Shown here piece by piece: positions 28,745-39,237 of a stretch of 64,000 bases of DNA. The stretch's first letter is position 1; every line of letters starts with the position of its first letter. The notes under the pieces are model-generated. The model saw nothing but the letters and a program-made list of their open reading frames with translations. It did no database searches and was not told the origin of the DNA. The position numbers and the translations under genes are program-made. This DNA is from an uncultured Flavobacteriaceae bacterium. Its GTDB lineage: Bacteria > Bacteroidota > Bacteroidia > Flavobacteriales > Flavobacteriaceae. Location of the stretch: the NCBI GenBank assembly GCA_964419405.1, contig CAYQPI010000075.1, positions 16,958 through 80,957 on the forward strand. The letters are read 5' to 3'.

Positions 28745-30775
28745 TTAGGTCAACAATCCAGCTCTTTTTAACAGAGCGTCTACGCTGGGTTCTTTACCTC
28801 TAAATTTTTTATAGAGTTCCATGGGTTTTTCCGTTCCACCTTTGCTCAAAATATTTTCTTTAAACTTTGTTGCGGTTTCTTTGTCAAAGATGTCTTTTTC
28901 TTTAAAAGCTTCAAAGGCATCTGCATCGAGAACTTCGGCCCATTTATAACTGTAATATCCCGCAGAATAACCGCCTTGAAAAATATGCGAGAAGGCAGTA
29001 CTCATACAATTTTCTTCTACATCCGGATAGAGTTGTGTTTCACCAAAGGCCTCCTTCTCAAATTGCTTTACGTCGTTAATTGAGCTTGGGTCATTGGCGT
29101 GATAAGCCATGTCTAGCATGCCAAAACTTAGTTGTCTTAGGGTGGCTATGCCTTCAAGAAAATTGGAAGAATCTTTAATTTTTGTGACCAGTTCCATGGG
29201 AATGACTTCGCCTGTCTCATAGTGTTTTGCAAACAACTCTAAAGCTTCTTTTTCGTAGCACCAGTTTTCAAAGATCTGACTGGGTAATTCAACAAAGTCC
29301 CAATAAACACTGGTTCCTGACAGGTTGGGGTAGGTCGTGTCTGCAAGCATTCCATGTAAGGCATGGCCAAATTCATGGAACAAGGTGGTCACCTCATTAA
29401 AGGTGAGTAAGGAAGGTTTCGATGTGGTGGGTTTGGTAAAATTACAGACAATAGAAATATGTGGTCTCGAATTACTTCCGTCTTTTTTCCATTGTGATTT
29501 ATAGCTGGTCATCCAGGCCCCATTTCTTTTTCCTTTTCTCGGGAAGAAATCTGCATAGAACAACGCAATAAAGTCACCATTCGAATTTGTCACCTTAAAG
29601 GTTTTTACATCCTCATGATAGGTGTCAACATCGGTAAGGGCTTCGAATTTTAGATCGAATAATTTTCTAGCAATATCAAATACTCCCTGAATCACATTTT
29701 CGAGTTTGAAATAAGGTTTCAGTTGTTCATCGTCCAGGGCGAACAATTCCTTTTTCAGTTTTTCTGAATAATAGGCGCCATCCCATTTTTCTATCTTTTC
29801 AATACCGTCCTTTTTAGCTAAACTTTTTAATAATTCAAATTCTTTTTCTGCTGCAGGTTTAGCTTTCGACAATAAGGTGGCAAGAAAATCATTTACTTTT
29901 TCAGGAGCTTCAGCCATTCTTTCTTCCAAGACATAATGAGCGTGTGACTTATAACCTAGTAGCGTGGCTCTCTGGTGTCTTATATTCGCGATGTCAATGA
30001 CGTTTTGCCGGTTGTCATTTTCATTGTTCTTCATGGCTCGTGAACCGAAGGCTTTAGCTAGTTGTTCACGTAATTTTCTATTGTCTGCATAGGTCATAAA
30101 GGGAATATAACTCGGGTAGTCTAAGGTGAAGATCCAGCCTTTTTTCTCTTTCTCCTCCGCTATCATTTTTGCTGCCTCAATAAGTCCGTCAGGCAAGCCC
30201 GATAAAGCTGCTTTGTCTGTGATGTGGAGCTCGTAGTCATTTGTTTCAGCCAGTACATTTTCACCAAACTTCAGCCCGAGCTTTGATTTTTTCATATCAA
30301 TTTCTCTCAAAACACGTTTTTGCTCCTCACCTAAATTAGATCCATTTCTAATAAAAGCCTTGTAGTTCTTTTCAAGTAACATTTGCTGTTCAGCATCAAG
30401 ATCTAATGCATCTTTATCTCTATATACCTTTTCAATTCTTTTAAATAAGGCTACATTGAGTCTGATGTCATTGGCAAATTCGCTCAACATTGGAGATACC
30501 TTCTGAGCGATCTGCTGAATTTCTTCATTTGTTTCTGCCGCATTCAGATTAAAAAAGATGCTTGAAATTCTATTGAGTTTATTTCCTGAAAACTCTAGGG
30601 GCTCCAAGGTGTTTTCAAAACTTGCTTCTTCTTGATTTGCTGTGATTTGTTCTATTTCCTGTTTGGCCTCCTTGATAGCCGTTTCAAAGGCAGGAACAAA
30701 ATGCTGGTTGTCGAGTTTTGAAAAAGGAGCAGATTCGTAAGAGGTGTCAAATGAATCGAGTAATGGGTTATTCAT
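28745..30775 (-). CDS. dcp: M3-family peptidyl-dipeptidase
   Basis: HEFGHALH, DFVELPSQ and GYSAGYYSYKWAE motifs. Confidence 0.93.
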   Translation of the reverse strand: MNNPLLDSFDTSYESAPFSKLDNQHFVPAFETAIKEAKQEIEQITANQEEASFENTLEPLEFSGNKLNRISSIFFNLNAAETNEEIQQIAQKVSPMLSEFANDIRLNVALFKRIEKVYRDKDALDLDAEQQMLLEKNYKAFIRNGSNLGEEQKRVLREIDMKKSKLGLKFGENVLAETNDYELHITDKAALSGLPDGLIEAAKMIAEEKEKKGWIFTLDYPSYIPFMTYADNRKLREQLAKAFGSRAMKNNENDNRQNVIDIANIRHQRATLLGYKSHAHYVLEERMAEAPEKVNDFLATLLSKAKPAAEKEFELLKSLAKKDGIEKIEKWDGAYYSEKLKKELFALDDEQLKPYFKLENVIQGVFDIARKLFDLKFEALTDVDTYHEDVKTFKVTNSNGDFIALFYADFFPRKGKRNGAWMTSYKSQWKKDGSNSRPHISIVCNFTKPTTSKPSLLTFNEVTTLFHEFGHALHGMLADTTYPNLSGTSVYWDFVELPSQIFENWCYEKEALELFAKHYETGEVIPMELVTKIKDSSNFLEGIATLRQLSFGMLDMAYHANDPSSINDVKQFEKEAFGETQLYPDVEENCMSTAFSHIFQGGYSAGYYSYKWAEVLDADAFEAFKEKDIFDKETATKFKENILSKGGTEKPMELYKKFRGKEPSVDALLKRAGLLT

Positions 30776-30856
30776 GATAAATACTTTTTAATACCCAAAA
30801 AAGGTATATGGTATTGAACTGTATATTCTGATGATAAAAGAATTTAAAAAGACGAA

Positions 30857-31342
30857 CTATTTTTTAACCGCTTGAGAGGCCTTCATTACTTTTTCTTTAA
30901 GTTCCTCTTTATAAGAAATGATTTTGGCTAATACTGCCGCGTCAGATGAGCCAATGATCTGGGCTGCGAGGATACCTGCATTTTTAGCGCCGTCAAGCGC
31001 CACAGTTGCTACAGGTACACCACCGGGCATTTGCAAAATAGAGAGCACTGAATCCCAGCCGTCGATAGAATTTCTGGATTTGACAGGCACTCCAATGACA
31101 GGTAAAGGGCTCATAGATGCCACCATGCCAGGAAGGTGAGCAGCACCTCCTGCGCCGGCAATAATTACATTGATGCCTTTTTTGTGTGCTTCAGTAGCAT
31201 ACTGATAAAGCTTTTCAGGCGTGCGATGAGCAGAAACAATATCCACTTCAGTTGCAATCTCAAAACTTTCAAGTATTTCTATTGCATCTTTCATAATTGG
31301 TAGATCTGAATCACTACCCATAATTATTCCAACCTTGGCCAT
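30857..31342 (-). CDS. purE: N5-CAIR mutase
   Basis: MGSDSD, SAHRTP and AGGAAHLPG motifs. Confidence 0.97.
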   Translation of the reverse strand: MAKVGIIMGSDSDLPIMKDAIEILESFEIATEVDIVSAHRTPEKLYQYATEAHKKGINVIIAGAGGAAHLPGMVASMSPLPVIGVPVKSRNSIDGWDSVLSILQMPGGVPVATVALDGAKNAGILAAQIIGSSDAAVLAKIISYKEELKEKVMKASQAVKK

Positions 31343-31433
31343 AATGTGTAATTTTGTAAAACTTGTTGAATTCGACTAATAAAAATCGTATTTTTAGTGG
31401 CTAAAGGTAAGATAAAAAACTGTTTTCATAACA

Positions 31434-32960
31434 ATGCAAATCCCATTATTTAATACCGTTTTATCGTGGATTTTAAAGAAGCGCAAGTATCAGGTTGACA
31501 TGTTTTTACAGCATCCTGTTGAGGTGCAAAACGAAGTGTTGTATGAGCTCCTGTCGGAGGCCAGGCATACTTATTTTGGGAAAAAACATGGATTTGAAGA
31601 TATCAAAAGTTACGATTCTTTTACCAAGAGGGTACCTATTCAACAATATGAAAGCATTGAGCCTTTAATTGAGCGCAATAGGAGAGGAGAACAGAATGTA
31701 TTCTGGCCCTCAAAAATTCACTGGTTTGCAAAATCGAGCGGGACAACCAATGCAAAAAGCAAATTTATTCCGGTAAGTGATGAGGCCATTGATGACTGTC
31801 ATATGAAGGCAGGAAAGGACATGCTGTGTCTGTTTATTAACAATAACGAGGATACAGAAATATTTAAAGGTAAGGGCCTGCGACTGGGTGGTAGTTCTGC
31901 TATTTATGAGGATAATGACACTTATTTTGGTGACCTGTCGGCCATTATCATTGAGAATATGCCATTTTGGGCAGACTTTAGCAGTGCACCGAGTACCAAG
32001 ACCGCCTTAATGAGTGAATGGGAGACCAAAATGGATGCCATCATTGAAGAGACAATTCAGGAAGATATTACAAGTTTAAGTGGTGTTCCATCTTGGATGC
32101 TGGTCCTCTTAAACAGGGTGTTAGAGGTGACCGGAAAAGAAACTATTTTGGAGGTCTGGCCAAATTTGGAAGTATATTTTCACGGGGGAGTAAATTTTAA
32201 ACCTTACCGGGAACAATACGAAAAGCTGATTCCCAAAAAGAGCTTTAGGTATTATGAGACCTACAATGCCTCAGAAGGCTTTTTTGCTATTCAGGACAGA
32301 AATAACAGCGATGAATTGTTGTTGATGTTGGATTATGGAATATTCTATGAGTTTATTCCTATGGATGAGTATCAGGGAGAAGATTCAACGGCCATTCATT
32401 TAAAGGACGTGAAGACTGATGTAAATTATGCCCTGGTGATTTCGACTAACTCTGGTCTTTGGCGTTATTTGATAGGTGATACCATTAAGTTTACCAGTCT
32501 TAGTCCATACCGAATAAAAATTACCGGAAGAACCAAGCATTTTATCAATGTGTTTGGTGAAGAACTGGTGATTGAAAATGCTGAAGATGCCTTAGAAAAG
32601 GCTTGTTTAGAGCACAAAGCCTCTGTTTCAGAATATACTGTGGCACCAATTTTTATGGAAGGAGAAAACAGCGGAGGTCATGAATGGCTGATCGAATTTA
32701 CACAGGCTCCAGAAGATATTTCAGCGTTCACTCAAAGCCTTGATCAGGGACTTAAAGAATTGAATTCAGATTATGAGGCCAAACGATATCTGGATCTGAC
32801 TATTGCAATGCCGGTAATTCATCAGGCACCCAAAGGCTTGTTTTACGAATGGTTGAAAAAGAATGACAAGCTCGGTGGTCAGCATAAAGTGCCTCGTTTA
32901 AGTAATAAACGAGCTTATTTGGACGAACTGCTTGAAATGACTCACAGTGAGGCTGGTTGA
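31434..32960 (+). CDS. GH3 auxin-responsive promoter family acyl-adenylating enzyme
   Basis: AKSSGTT, YNASEGF, RYLIGD and GQHKVPRL motifs. Confidence 0.92.
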   Translation: MQIPLFNTVLSWILKKRKYQVDMFLQHPVEVQNEVLYELLSEARHTYFGKKHGFEDIKSYDSFTKRVPIQQYESIEPLIERNRRGEQNVFWPSKIHWFAKSSGTTNAKSKFIPVSDEAIDDCHMKAGKDMLCLFINNNEDTEIFKGKGLRLGGSSAIYEDNDTYFGDLSAIIIENMPFWADFSSAPSTKTALMSEWETKMDAIIEETIQEDITSLSGVPSWMLVLLNRVLEVTGKETILEVWPNLEVYFHGGVNFKPYREQYEKLIPKKSFRYYETYNASEGFFAIQDRNNSDELLLMLDYGIFYEFIPMDEYQGEDSTAIHLKDVKTDVNYALVISTNSGLWRYLIGDTIKFTSLSPYRIKITGRTKHFINVFGEELVIENAEDALEKACLEHKASVSEYTVAPIFMEGENSGGHEWLIEFTQAPEDISAFTQSLDQGLKELNSDYEAKRYLDLTIAMPVIHQAPKGLFYEWLKKNDKLGGQHKVPRLSNKRAYLDELLEMTHSEAG

Positions 32961-33895
32961 GCCAAAATGATGTCATCTGTTATCCAGGCCTCACATAGAA
33001 CAGGGAAATCACCTTCCAGATCTCCTGCCTCCTTAAATGCTTTGTAATCGATCCATACAAATCCATTGTTGCCCCATCCCGGTCCCCAGGAGTTGACAAC
33101 TTTAAAGGCGTTCATCTCATCGCTATATCCTACTACCAACATGGCATGTCCGCCATCCGGGTCGTTGAATTTCCTGTAAATAAAGATGCCATTTTCATCT
33201 CTTGCACCAAAATAATTTCGGTCTATGGTGACGGCGATCACAACTGGCTGATCTCTCAATAAGGCAGCTTTGGTATGTTGATAAACACTGTCTTGATGAA
33301 AATAATAGTACTTTTCAATTTTATTTGGTGCAGCCAACACCTTTTGCAAATCATTCGGTTGAATGTCACATTCATTTTGGTCATAAGGCATGACACTCCA
33401 TTCGACAATTCCCTGACTCGAAATGGTATCCAGGGCGTCCTGAATCACTGACCCGCCATCGCAGTTAACAATCTTGATTTGATTGTATATAAAAGCCGGA
33501 CTCATTTCAAAATTAAGACCAGCAGTTCCGTTCTCAGCATCTTCATAATTTTCTTGGAAACTCTTTAAATAATAGCCTGTAGCCCAGGCCACACAAGAAC
33601 CTTGACTGCCTTGTGACCCCACTCTGGGTAGGAATTCAGAAATATCATATTCAGGCGGAAGTATTTCATTTTCATCAAGATCAAAAACCGCAAGCTCGGC
33701 ATCAGGTTCACTGTATCCGTAACAATATCCACCTCCAACGCCTAATTGATTGATGTCGATATCTTCCACATTTTCAATGACAGGGTCGCCATCTTCATCC
33801 GTGGTATATTCTTGTCTCGGACCGGAGTCTAAATCAAAATTGCTGTTACAGGATGCCAGGATCCAAACGAGCAATAAAAGGGGGAGATTTTTCAT
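32942..33895 (-). CDS. Papain-like C1 cysteine peptidase lipoprotein
   Basis: Lipobox LASC; catalytic motifs QGSQGSCVAWA, GGHAM and VNSWG. Confidence 0.9.
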   Translation of the reverse strand: MKNLPLLLLVWILASCNSNFDLDSGPRQEYTTDEDGDPVIENVEDIDINQLGVGGGYCYGYSEPDAELAVFDLDENEILPPEYDISEFLPRVGSQGSQGSCVAWATGYYLKSFQENYEDAENGTAGLNFEMSPAFIYNQIKIVNCDGGSVIQDALDTISSQGIVEWSVMPYDQNECDIQPNDLQKVLAAPNKIEKYYYFHQDSVYQHTKAALLRDQPVVIAVTIDRNYFGARDENGIFIYRKFNDPDGGHAMLVVGYSDEMNAFKVVNSWGPGWGNNGFVWIDYKAFKEAGDLEGDFPVLCEAWITDDIILAQPASL

Positions 33896-33957
33896 AAATT
33901 CTTACAATGGGTTCAAGCCTAAAACCTCAAAAGCTATGCCAATAATACTGCTGCAGT

Positions 33958-34935
33958 TTACTTTTCCCTTTCTATGACATAATTAACCATGGTCAATAAG
34001 GATTCTTTATAGGTAGAATCAGCATAGTCATTTAGAATGGATATAGCCTCAGTTTGATAAGAATGCATCTTTTCGGTAGTGTACTCAATACCGCCATTTG
34101 TCTTGACAAATTCGATGACTTCTTTTACCCTGGTTTTATCTTTATTATGATTTTTAACAGAATTGATCAGCCATTTACGCTCTTTTTTTGAGCAGTTATT
34201 TAGGGTGTAGATCAAGGGTAGGGTCATTTTTTGTTCCTTGATATCAATTCCTGTTGGTTTTCCGATTTTTTCTTCTGAATAATCAAAAAGATCATCTTTG
34301 ATTTGAAAGGCAATACCAATTAATTCACCAAACTTTCGCATTTTTTCAACTTCCTCTTTCGGGGCATCAACCGATGTTGCTCCAATGGCGGTGCAGGCCG
34401 CAATCAAGGTGGCCGTCTTTTTGCGAATAATATCAAAGTAAACCTCTTCGGTGATATCTAATTTTCTGGCTTTTTCAATTTGAAGGAGTTCTCCCTCACT
34501 CATTTCTCTAACCGCAATTGAGATATGTTTTAAAATATCAAAGTCATCATTATCTATACTCAAAAGCAGGCCTTTGGATAATAAGTAATCACCAACTAAT
34601 ACTGCAATTTTGTTTTTCCATAGGGCATTCAGAGAGAAAAAACCTCGACGTCTGTTACTATCGTCAACAACGTCATCATGCACTAAGGTTGCCGTATGAA
34701 TCAATTCGATAATAGAAGCTCCTCGATAGGTACGTTCTTTGAATTGACCATTCGAAACCATTTTTGCCACAAGAAAAACAAACATAGGACGCATTTGTTT
34801 TCCTTTTCTCCTTACAATATAATGCGTAATTCTATTGAGCAGAGAGACATTAGAAATCATGGAAGCTTTGAATTTAGTTTCAAAGAATTCCATTTCCTTT
34901 AAAATGGGAAGTTTTATTTGTTCGACGGTCTTCAA
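33958..34935 (-). CDS. ispB: Polyprenyl diphosphate synthase
   Basis: GKQMRP, LVHDDVVD, QIKDD and GKPTGID motifs. Confidence 0.88.
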   Translation of the reverse strand: MKTVEQIKLPILKEMEFFETKFKASMISNVSLLNRITHYIVRRKGKQMRPMFVFLVAKMVSNGQFKERTYRGASIIELIHTATLVHDDVVDDSNRRRGFFSLNALWKNKIAVLVGDYLLSKGLLLSIDNDDFDILKHISIAVREMSEGELLQIEKARKLDITEEVYFDIIRKKTATLIAACTAIGATSVDAPKEEVEKMRKFGELIGIAFQIKDDLFDYSEEKIGKPTGIDIKEQKMTLPLIYTLNNCSKKERKWLINSVKNHNKDKTRVKEVIEFVKTNGGIEYTTEKMHSYQTEAISILNDYADSTYKESLLTMVNYVIEREK

Positions 34936-34961
34936 AGGCAGGACAATTTACAACAAAAAAA

Positions 34962-36650
34962 TTATTTCTTTTGTTGTAGTTTGGCCCATGAATCTCTTAA
35001 GGCTACTGTTCTGTTAAAGACCAATTTATCCTTGTTGGAATCTGGGTCAACATTGAAATAGCCCAACCTTTGAAACTGGAAACCATCACCAGGTTTGGCT
35101 GTGACCAGACTCGGCTCAATAAATGCGCTTTCAACAATCTTTAACGAATCAGGATTGATGAACTCTTTAAAATCCTTGTCTTTATGTGAATCAGGAGCCT
35201 CATCGGTAAACAATCGGTCGTATAACCTGACTTCTGCTTCAAGTGCATGCTCAATTGATACCCAGTGAATCGTCCCTTTTACCTTTCTCATACTGGCTTC
35301 AGAACCACTGCCGCTTTTTGAATCAGGATCATAGGTACAATGAATTTCGATGATCTCATCGTTTTCATTTTTTACTACCTCATTGGCTTTAATAATATAG
35401 GCATTCTTTAAGCGAACTTCTTTGCCTAATTTTAATCGAAAGAATTTTTTATTCGCTACTTCCCTGAAATCCTCCTTTTCGATATACAGTTCTCTCGAAA
35501 ATGGAACTGTCCTAAATCCAGCATCTTCATCTTCAGGATTGTTCTCAGCTGTCAACATTTCTTCTGATCCTTCAGGATAGTTGGTAATAACCAGTTTTAC
35601 GGGGTCAAGAACAGCCATGACCCGAGGAGCTGTCTTATTTAGTTCCTGCCTTATATGAAATTCAAGTAGGGCCAGATCTGTTACATTTTCTCTTTTAGCG
35701 ATTCCCGCGGCTTCACTAAAGTTTCGGATGGAAGCAGGAGTATAACCACGTCTTCGCAATCCAGAAATTGTGGGCATTCTGGGATCATCCCATCCATTTA
35801 CCAGACCTTCCTCTACCAGTTGAAGTAATTTTCGCTTACTCATCACGGTATAGCTAAGGTTTCTTCTTGCAAATTCCCTTTGTTTTGGTCTTAACAGATT
35901 TGTGTCATAAACTTGATCTAAAAACCAGTCGTACAATTCACGGTGATGTTTAAATTCCAGAGTACATAAAGAGTGCGAAATCTGTTCGATATAATCTGAT
36001 TCTCCATGGGTCCAGTCGTACATTGGGTATATTTTCCAATCTGTACCTGTTCGATGATGCGCTCTTTGTAAAATTCTATACATGACAGGATCTCTCATGA
36101 GCATGTTTGAAGAACTCATGTCAATTTTAGCTCGCAATACTCTGCTACCTTCGTCGAAATCTCCGTTTTTCATTTGTTCAAACAAGCGCAGATTCTCCTC
36201 AATACTTCGCTCGCGAAAAGGACTATTCACACCAGCTTGCGTTGGTGTACCCTTTTGTTCTGCCATCAGCTTGCTGTCTTGATCATCAACATAAGCTTTT
36301 CCTGTTTGTATCAACAGCACAGCCCAATCGTATAGTTTTTGAAAGTAATCAGATGAGTAAAGAACCTCGGCCCATTTAAATCCCAGCCATGCAATATCCT
36401 TTTGTATCGCATCCACATACTCTTGTTCTTCTTTCTCAGGATTTGTATCGTCAAACCTTAGGTTGACTGGAGCATTATAGGTCAAACCCAGGCCAAAATT
36501 TAAGCAAATTGAGGCAGCGTGTCCTATATGTAAATACCCATTAGGTTCAGGTGGAAATCTAAACTTTAATTTGGATCGATCCAATCCATATGCTAGGTCT
36601 TCCTCAATAATTTGTTCCAAAAAATTGAGTGATTTTTTAATTTCTGACAT
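34962..36650 (-). CDS. glnS: Glutamine--tRNA ligase
   Basis: FPPEPNGYLHIGH and MSKRK motifs; no YqeY extension. Confidence 0.97.
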   Translation of the reverse strand: MSEIKKSLNFLEQIIEEDLAYGLDRSKLKFRFPPEPNGYLHIGHAASICLNFGLGLTYNAPVNLRFDDTNPEKEEQEYVDAIQKDIAWLGFKWAEVLYSSDYFQKLYDWAVLLIQTGKAYVDDQDSKLMAEQKGTPTQAGVNSPFRERSIEENLRLFEQMKNGDFDEGSRVLRAKIDMSSSNMLMRDPVMYRILQRAHHRTGTDWKIYPMYDWTHGESDYIEQISHSLCTLEFKHHRELYDWFLDQVYDTNLLRPKQREFARRNLSYTVMSKRKLLQLVEEGLVNGWDDPRMPTISGLRRRGYTPASIRNFSEAAGIAKRENVTDLALLEFHIRQELNKTAPRVMAVLDPVKLVITNYPEGSEEMLTAENNPEDEDAGFRTVPFSRELYIEKEDFREVANKKFFRLKLGKEVRLKNAYIIKANEVVKNENDEIIEIHCTYDPDSKSGSGSEASMRKVKGTIHWVSIEHALEAEVRLYDRLFTDEAPDSHKDKDFKEFINPDSLKIVESAFIEPSLVTAKPGDGFQFQRLGYFNVDPDSNKDKLVFNRTVALRDSWAKLQQKK

Positions 36651-36669
36651 ATTTGATATAAATGAAAGG

Positions 36670-36677
36670 CAAAATTA
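36670..36677 (-). promoter_or_regulatory. -7 box (TAATTTTG) for glnS
   Basis: Exact TAnnTTTG match 20 nt upstream of the ATG. Confidence 0.6.
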
Positions 36678-36724
36678 CGGAAAATTGCTTAGTGAAAAAG
36701 CGAAAAATAAATAAAATAAGACCC

Positions 36725-38074
36725 TTAAAAGCCAAGAATAAGCTTTGCGATATAGAAGAAAATAAAGATTCCGAAAATATCATTACTGGTTGTAATAAAT
36801 GGTCCGGTAGCAACGGCAGGATCTATTCCTTTTTTGTCCAATATCAAAGGAACAAATGTTCCGATAAGAGATGCCAGAATGATGACCAGGATCAAAGCGA
36901 TCGAAATGGTAATGCTAATGTTGATATCGTATTGTAAGACAAACCCAAAAATAAAAATCATGGCAGCCAGTATTATGCCGTTGACCACACTCAGCCCTAT
37001 TTCTTTGAACATTCTGTTCATCATACTTCCTTTGATATTGTCATTGGCCAATCCCTGAACAATAATAGCTGATGACTGAACCCCTACATTTCCGGCCATA
37101 GCCGCAATTAGCGGAGTAAAAAAAAACAGTTCGGGATAATTTAATAGGGCGTCTTCAAAGCCCCCCATGATCGAAGCAGCAGCCAAACCACCAACCAGGC
37201 CCAAGATCAACCAGGGTAAACGAGCCTTGGTTTTATCTATAATACTGTCATCAGCATCGATATCTTCTGTAATACCTGCTGCCATCTGGTAATCCTTCTC
37301 AGCTTCTTCTTTGATCAGGTCGACAATATCATCAATGGTAATTCTTCCGATCAGCACATTGTCATCATCTACCACAGGAATTGCCTCTAAATCATATTTC
37401 TGCATAAGTCTTGCAACATCTTCACCCTTATCATTTACATGTGCCGAATCAACTTTGGGGATGTAAATATTTTCAATTTTATCTTTGGCTGAGGCGACCA
37501 ACAAATCTTTTAGTGACAGGCGCCCTATAAGATGATTGTCCTTGTCAACCACATAGATGGAATGCACCCTTCTCACTTCCTGAGCCTGTGACCTCATTTT
37601 ACGTACACAGGTGGGTACCATCCAGGTTTCCTTAACTTTAACCAATTCTTTGGCCATCAGGCTTCCCGCAGTTCCTTCCTCATAACGGAGAAGTTCTACG
37701 ATATCCTTGGCGTGGTCATCGTCTTCAATTTCGGATATCACCTCAGTGACTCTTTCTTCAGGTAATTCAGAGATAATATCTGCCGCATCATCTGTGTCAA
37801 GTTCATCTAATTCATCAGCGATCTCCTCTGCAGAAAGATTTTTAAGAATTTTTTCCCGGTCGTCTTCGTCAATTTCCAGTAAGGCTTCAGCAGAGAGTTC
37901 ACTGTCGAGTAATTTAAAGAGGTAGGTCGCATCAGTCAGACCTAATTCATCGATGATTTCTGCGATATCCGCCGGATGTTCTTCAGATAGCAAATTTACT
38001 AGCTCCTGATCGTTCTTCTCCGAAATCAGTTCTTCAATCCTGCCAATAAATTCTTTAGTGATCTCTGATGCCAT
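36725..38074 (-). CDS. mgtE: Magnesium transporter MgtE
   Basis: HPADIAE, a CBS pair, RLPWL, GNVGVQS and [12 protein letters not shown] motifs. Confidence 0.96.
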   Translation of the reverse strand: MASEITKEFIGRIEELISEKNDQELVNLLSEEHPADIAEIIDELGLTDATYLFKLLDSELSAEALLEIDEDDREKILKNLSAEEIADELDELDTDDAADIISELPEERVTEVISEIEDDDHAKDIVELLRYEEGTAGSLMAKELVKVKETWMVPTCVRKMRSQAQEVRRVHSIYVVDKDNHLIGRLSLKDLLVASAKDKIENIYIPKVDSAHVNDKGEDVARLMQKYDLEAIPVVDDDNVLIGRITIDDIVDLIKEEAEKDYQMAAGITEDIDADDSIIDKTKARLPWLILGLVGGLAAASIMGGFEDALLNYPELFFFTPLIAAMAGNVGVQSSAIIVQGLANDNIKGSMMNRMFKEIGLSVVNGIILAAMIFIFGFVLQYDINISITISIALILVIILASLIGTFVPLILDKKGIDPAVATGPFITTSNDIFGIFIFFYIAKLILGF

Positions 38075-38840
38075 CTTTTTCAAGACTTTTTGTTAAATCG
38101 ATGAATTGCTCAACACTTAATTGTTCTGGTCTTTGGGCAAATATAACATCTTCCTTCAATTTATCAGAGATCTGAAAAGACTTTAAACTATTTCTAAGGG
38201 TTTTTCGTCTTTGGTTGAATGCTGTTTTTACGACTCTGAAGAAAAATGAAACCTCTACTGGAAGTTCAAAATTGGTTTTTCTTTTTAATCGAATAACACC
38301 AGAGTCTACTTTTGGCGGCGGGTTGAATACAGAAGGAGGAACGGTAAACAAGTAGCTTACCTCATAAAAGGCTTGGGTCAATACAGAGAGTATGCCATAG
38401 GTTTTACTGCCCGGGCCTGCCGCAATTCTCATTGCCACTTCTTTTTGGAACATCCCACTGAATTCTGGAATCCGCTCCCTGTTTTCAATGGCTTTAAAAA
38501 CAATTTGGGAGGAAATATTATAGGGAAAATTGCCAATAATAGCGATAGGTTGCTCCTTAAAATAACGGGATAGATCCATCTTTAAGAAATCTGCATTGAT
38601 TATTCTGTCACTTAGATGAAGGTAATGATCTTTTAAGTAATCAATCGATTCCGTGTCAATTTCAACGACCCAGGTCGTTGTTTTTTTCTTTAATAAATAT
38701 TTTGTGAGTACGCCCATACCAGGGCCGATTTCTAAAACATGCTGGTACTCTTGATATGAAAGACTATCTGCTATTTTTGAAGCAATAGTTTCATCTTTTA
38801 AAAAATGTTGTCCCAGATGTTTTTTCGCACGAACACTCAT
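38055..38840 (-). CDS. rsmA: 16S rRNA m6,2A dimethyltransferase
   Basis: [23 protein letters not shown] and AFNQRRKTL motifs. Confidence 0.97.
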   Translation of the reverse strand: MSVRAKKHLGQHFLKDETIASKIADSLSYQEYQHVLEIGPGMGVLTKYLLKKKTTTWVVEIDTESIDYLKDHYLHLSDRIINADFLKMDLSRYFKEQPIAIIGNFPYNISSQIVFKAIENRERIPEFSGMFQKEVAMRIAAGPGSKTYGILSVLTQAFYEVSYLFTVPPSVFNPPPKVDSGVIRLKRKTNFELPVEVSFFFRVVKTAFNQRRKTLRNSLKSFQISDKLKEDVIFAQRPEQLSVEQFIDLTKSLEKDGIRDH

Positions 38841-38848
38841 GTCAAAGC

Positions 38849-39172
38849 TTATTTAGTTGGAAAAAATTCTTGAATCACCTTCATTTCAGTTCTAAATGCA
38901 CCAAATTTATTTCCATACTTTTCGAATAAGGATTTTCTCAGCTGAGGAGCATCTTTCTGATAATAATCAAACAGGGTTTCTTTTGTCTCACAGGTGAACT
39001 GAATAGAGTAGGTGACACCTCCCATATCTTCTTTGACCAGGACCTGACTCATCAAGGCCTTTGTAAATTTTCCGGTTGATAATACTGCTGGAATGTGCTG
39101 TTTTTTCATCCATGCCAACCATTCAAAATGAATGGTTTCGTCCACATTAATAGTTACATTATATATATACAT
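38849..39172 (-). CDS. DUF4286-family protein
   Basis: MYIYNVT..WLAWMK..HIP..TYSIQ..AFRT pattern; start moved to MYIYN. Confidence 0.82.
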   Translation of the reverse strand: MYIYNVTINVDETIHFEWLAWMKKQHIPAVLSTGKFTKALMSQVLVKEDMGGVTYSIQFTCETKETLFDYYQKDAPQLRKSLFEKYGNKFGAFRTEMKVIQEFFPTK

Positions 39173-39237
39173 GATAATAAAAAAGTTAAAGGTAGGGTTA
39201 ATTCGCAAATAGTAGCGTGTTACATGTTGAATGTGTT

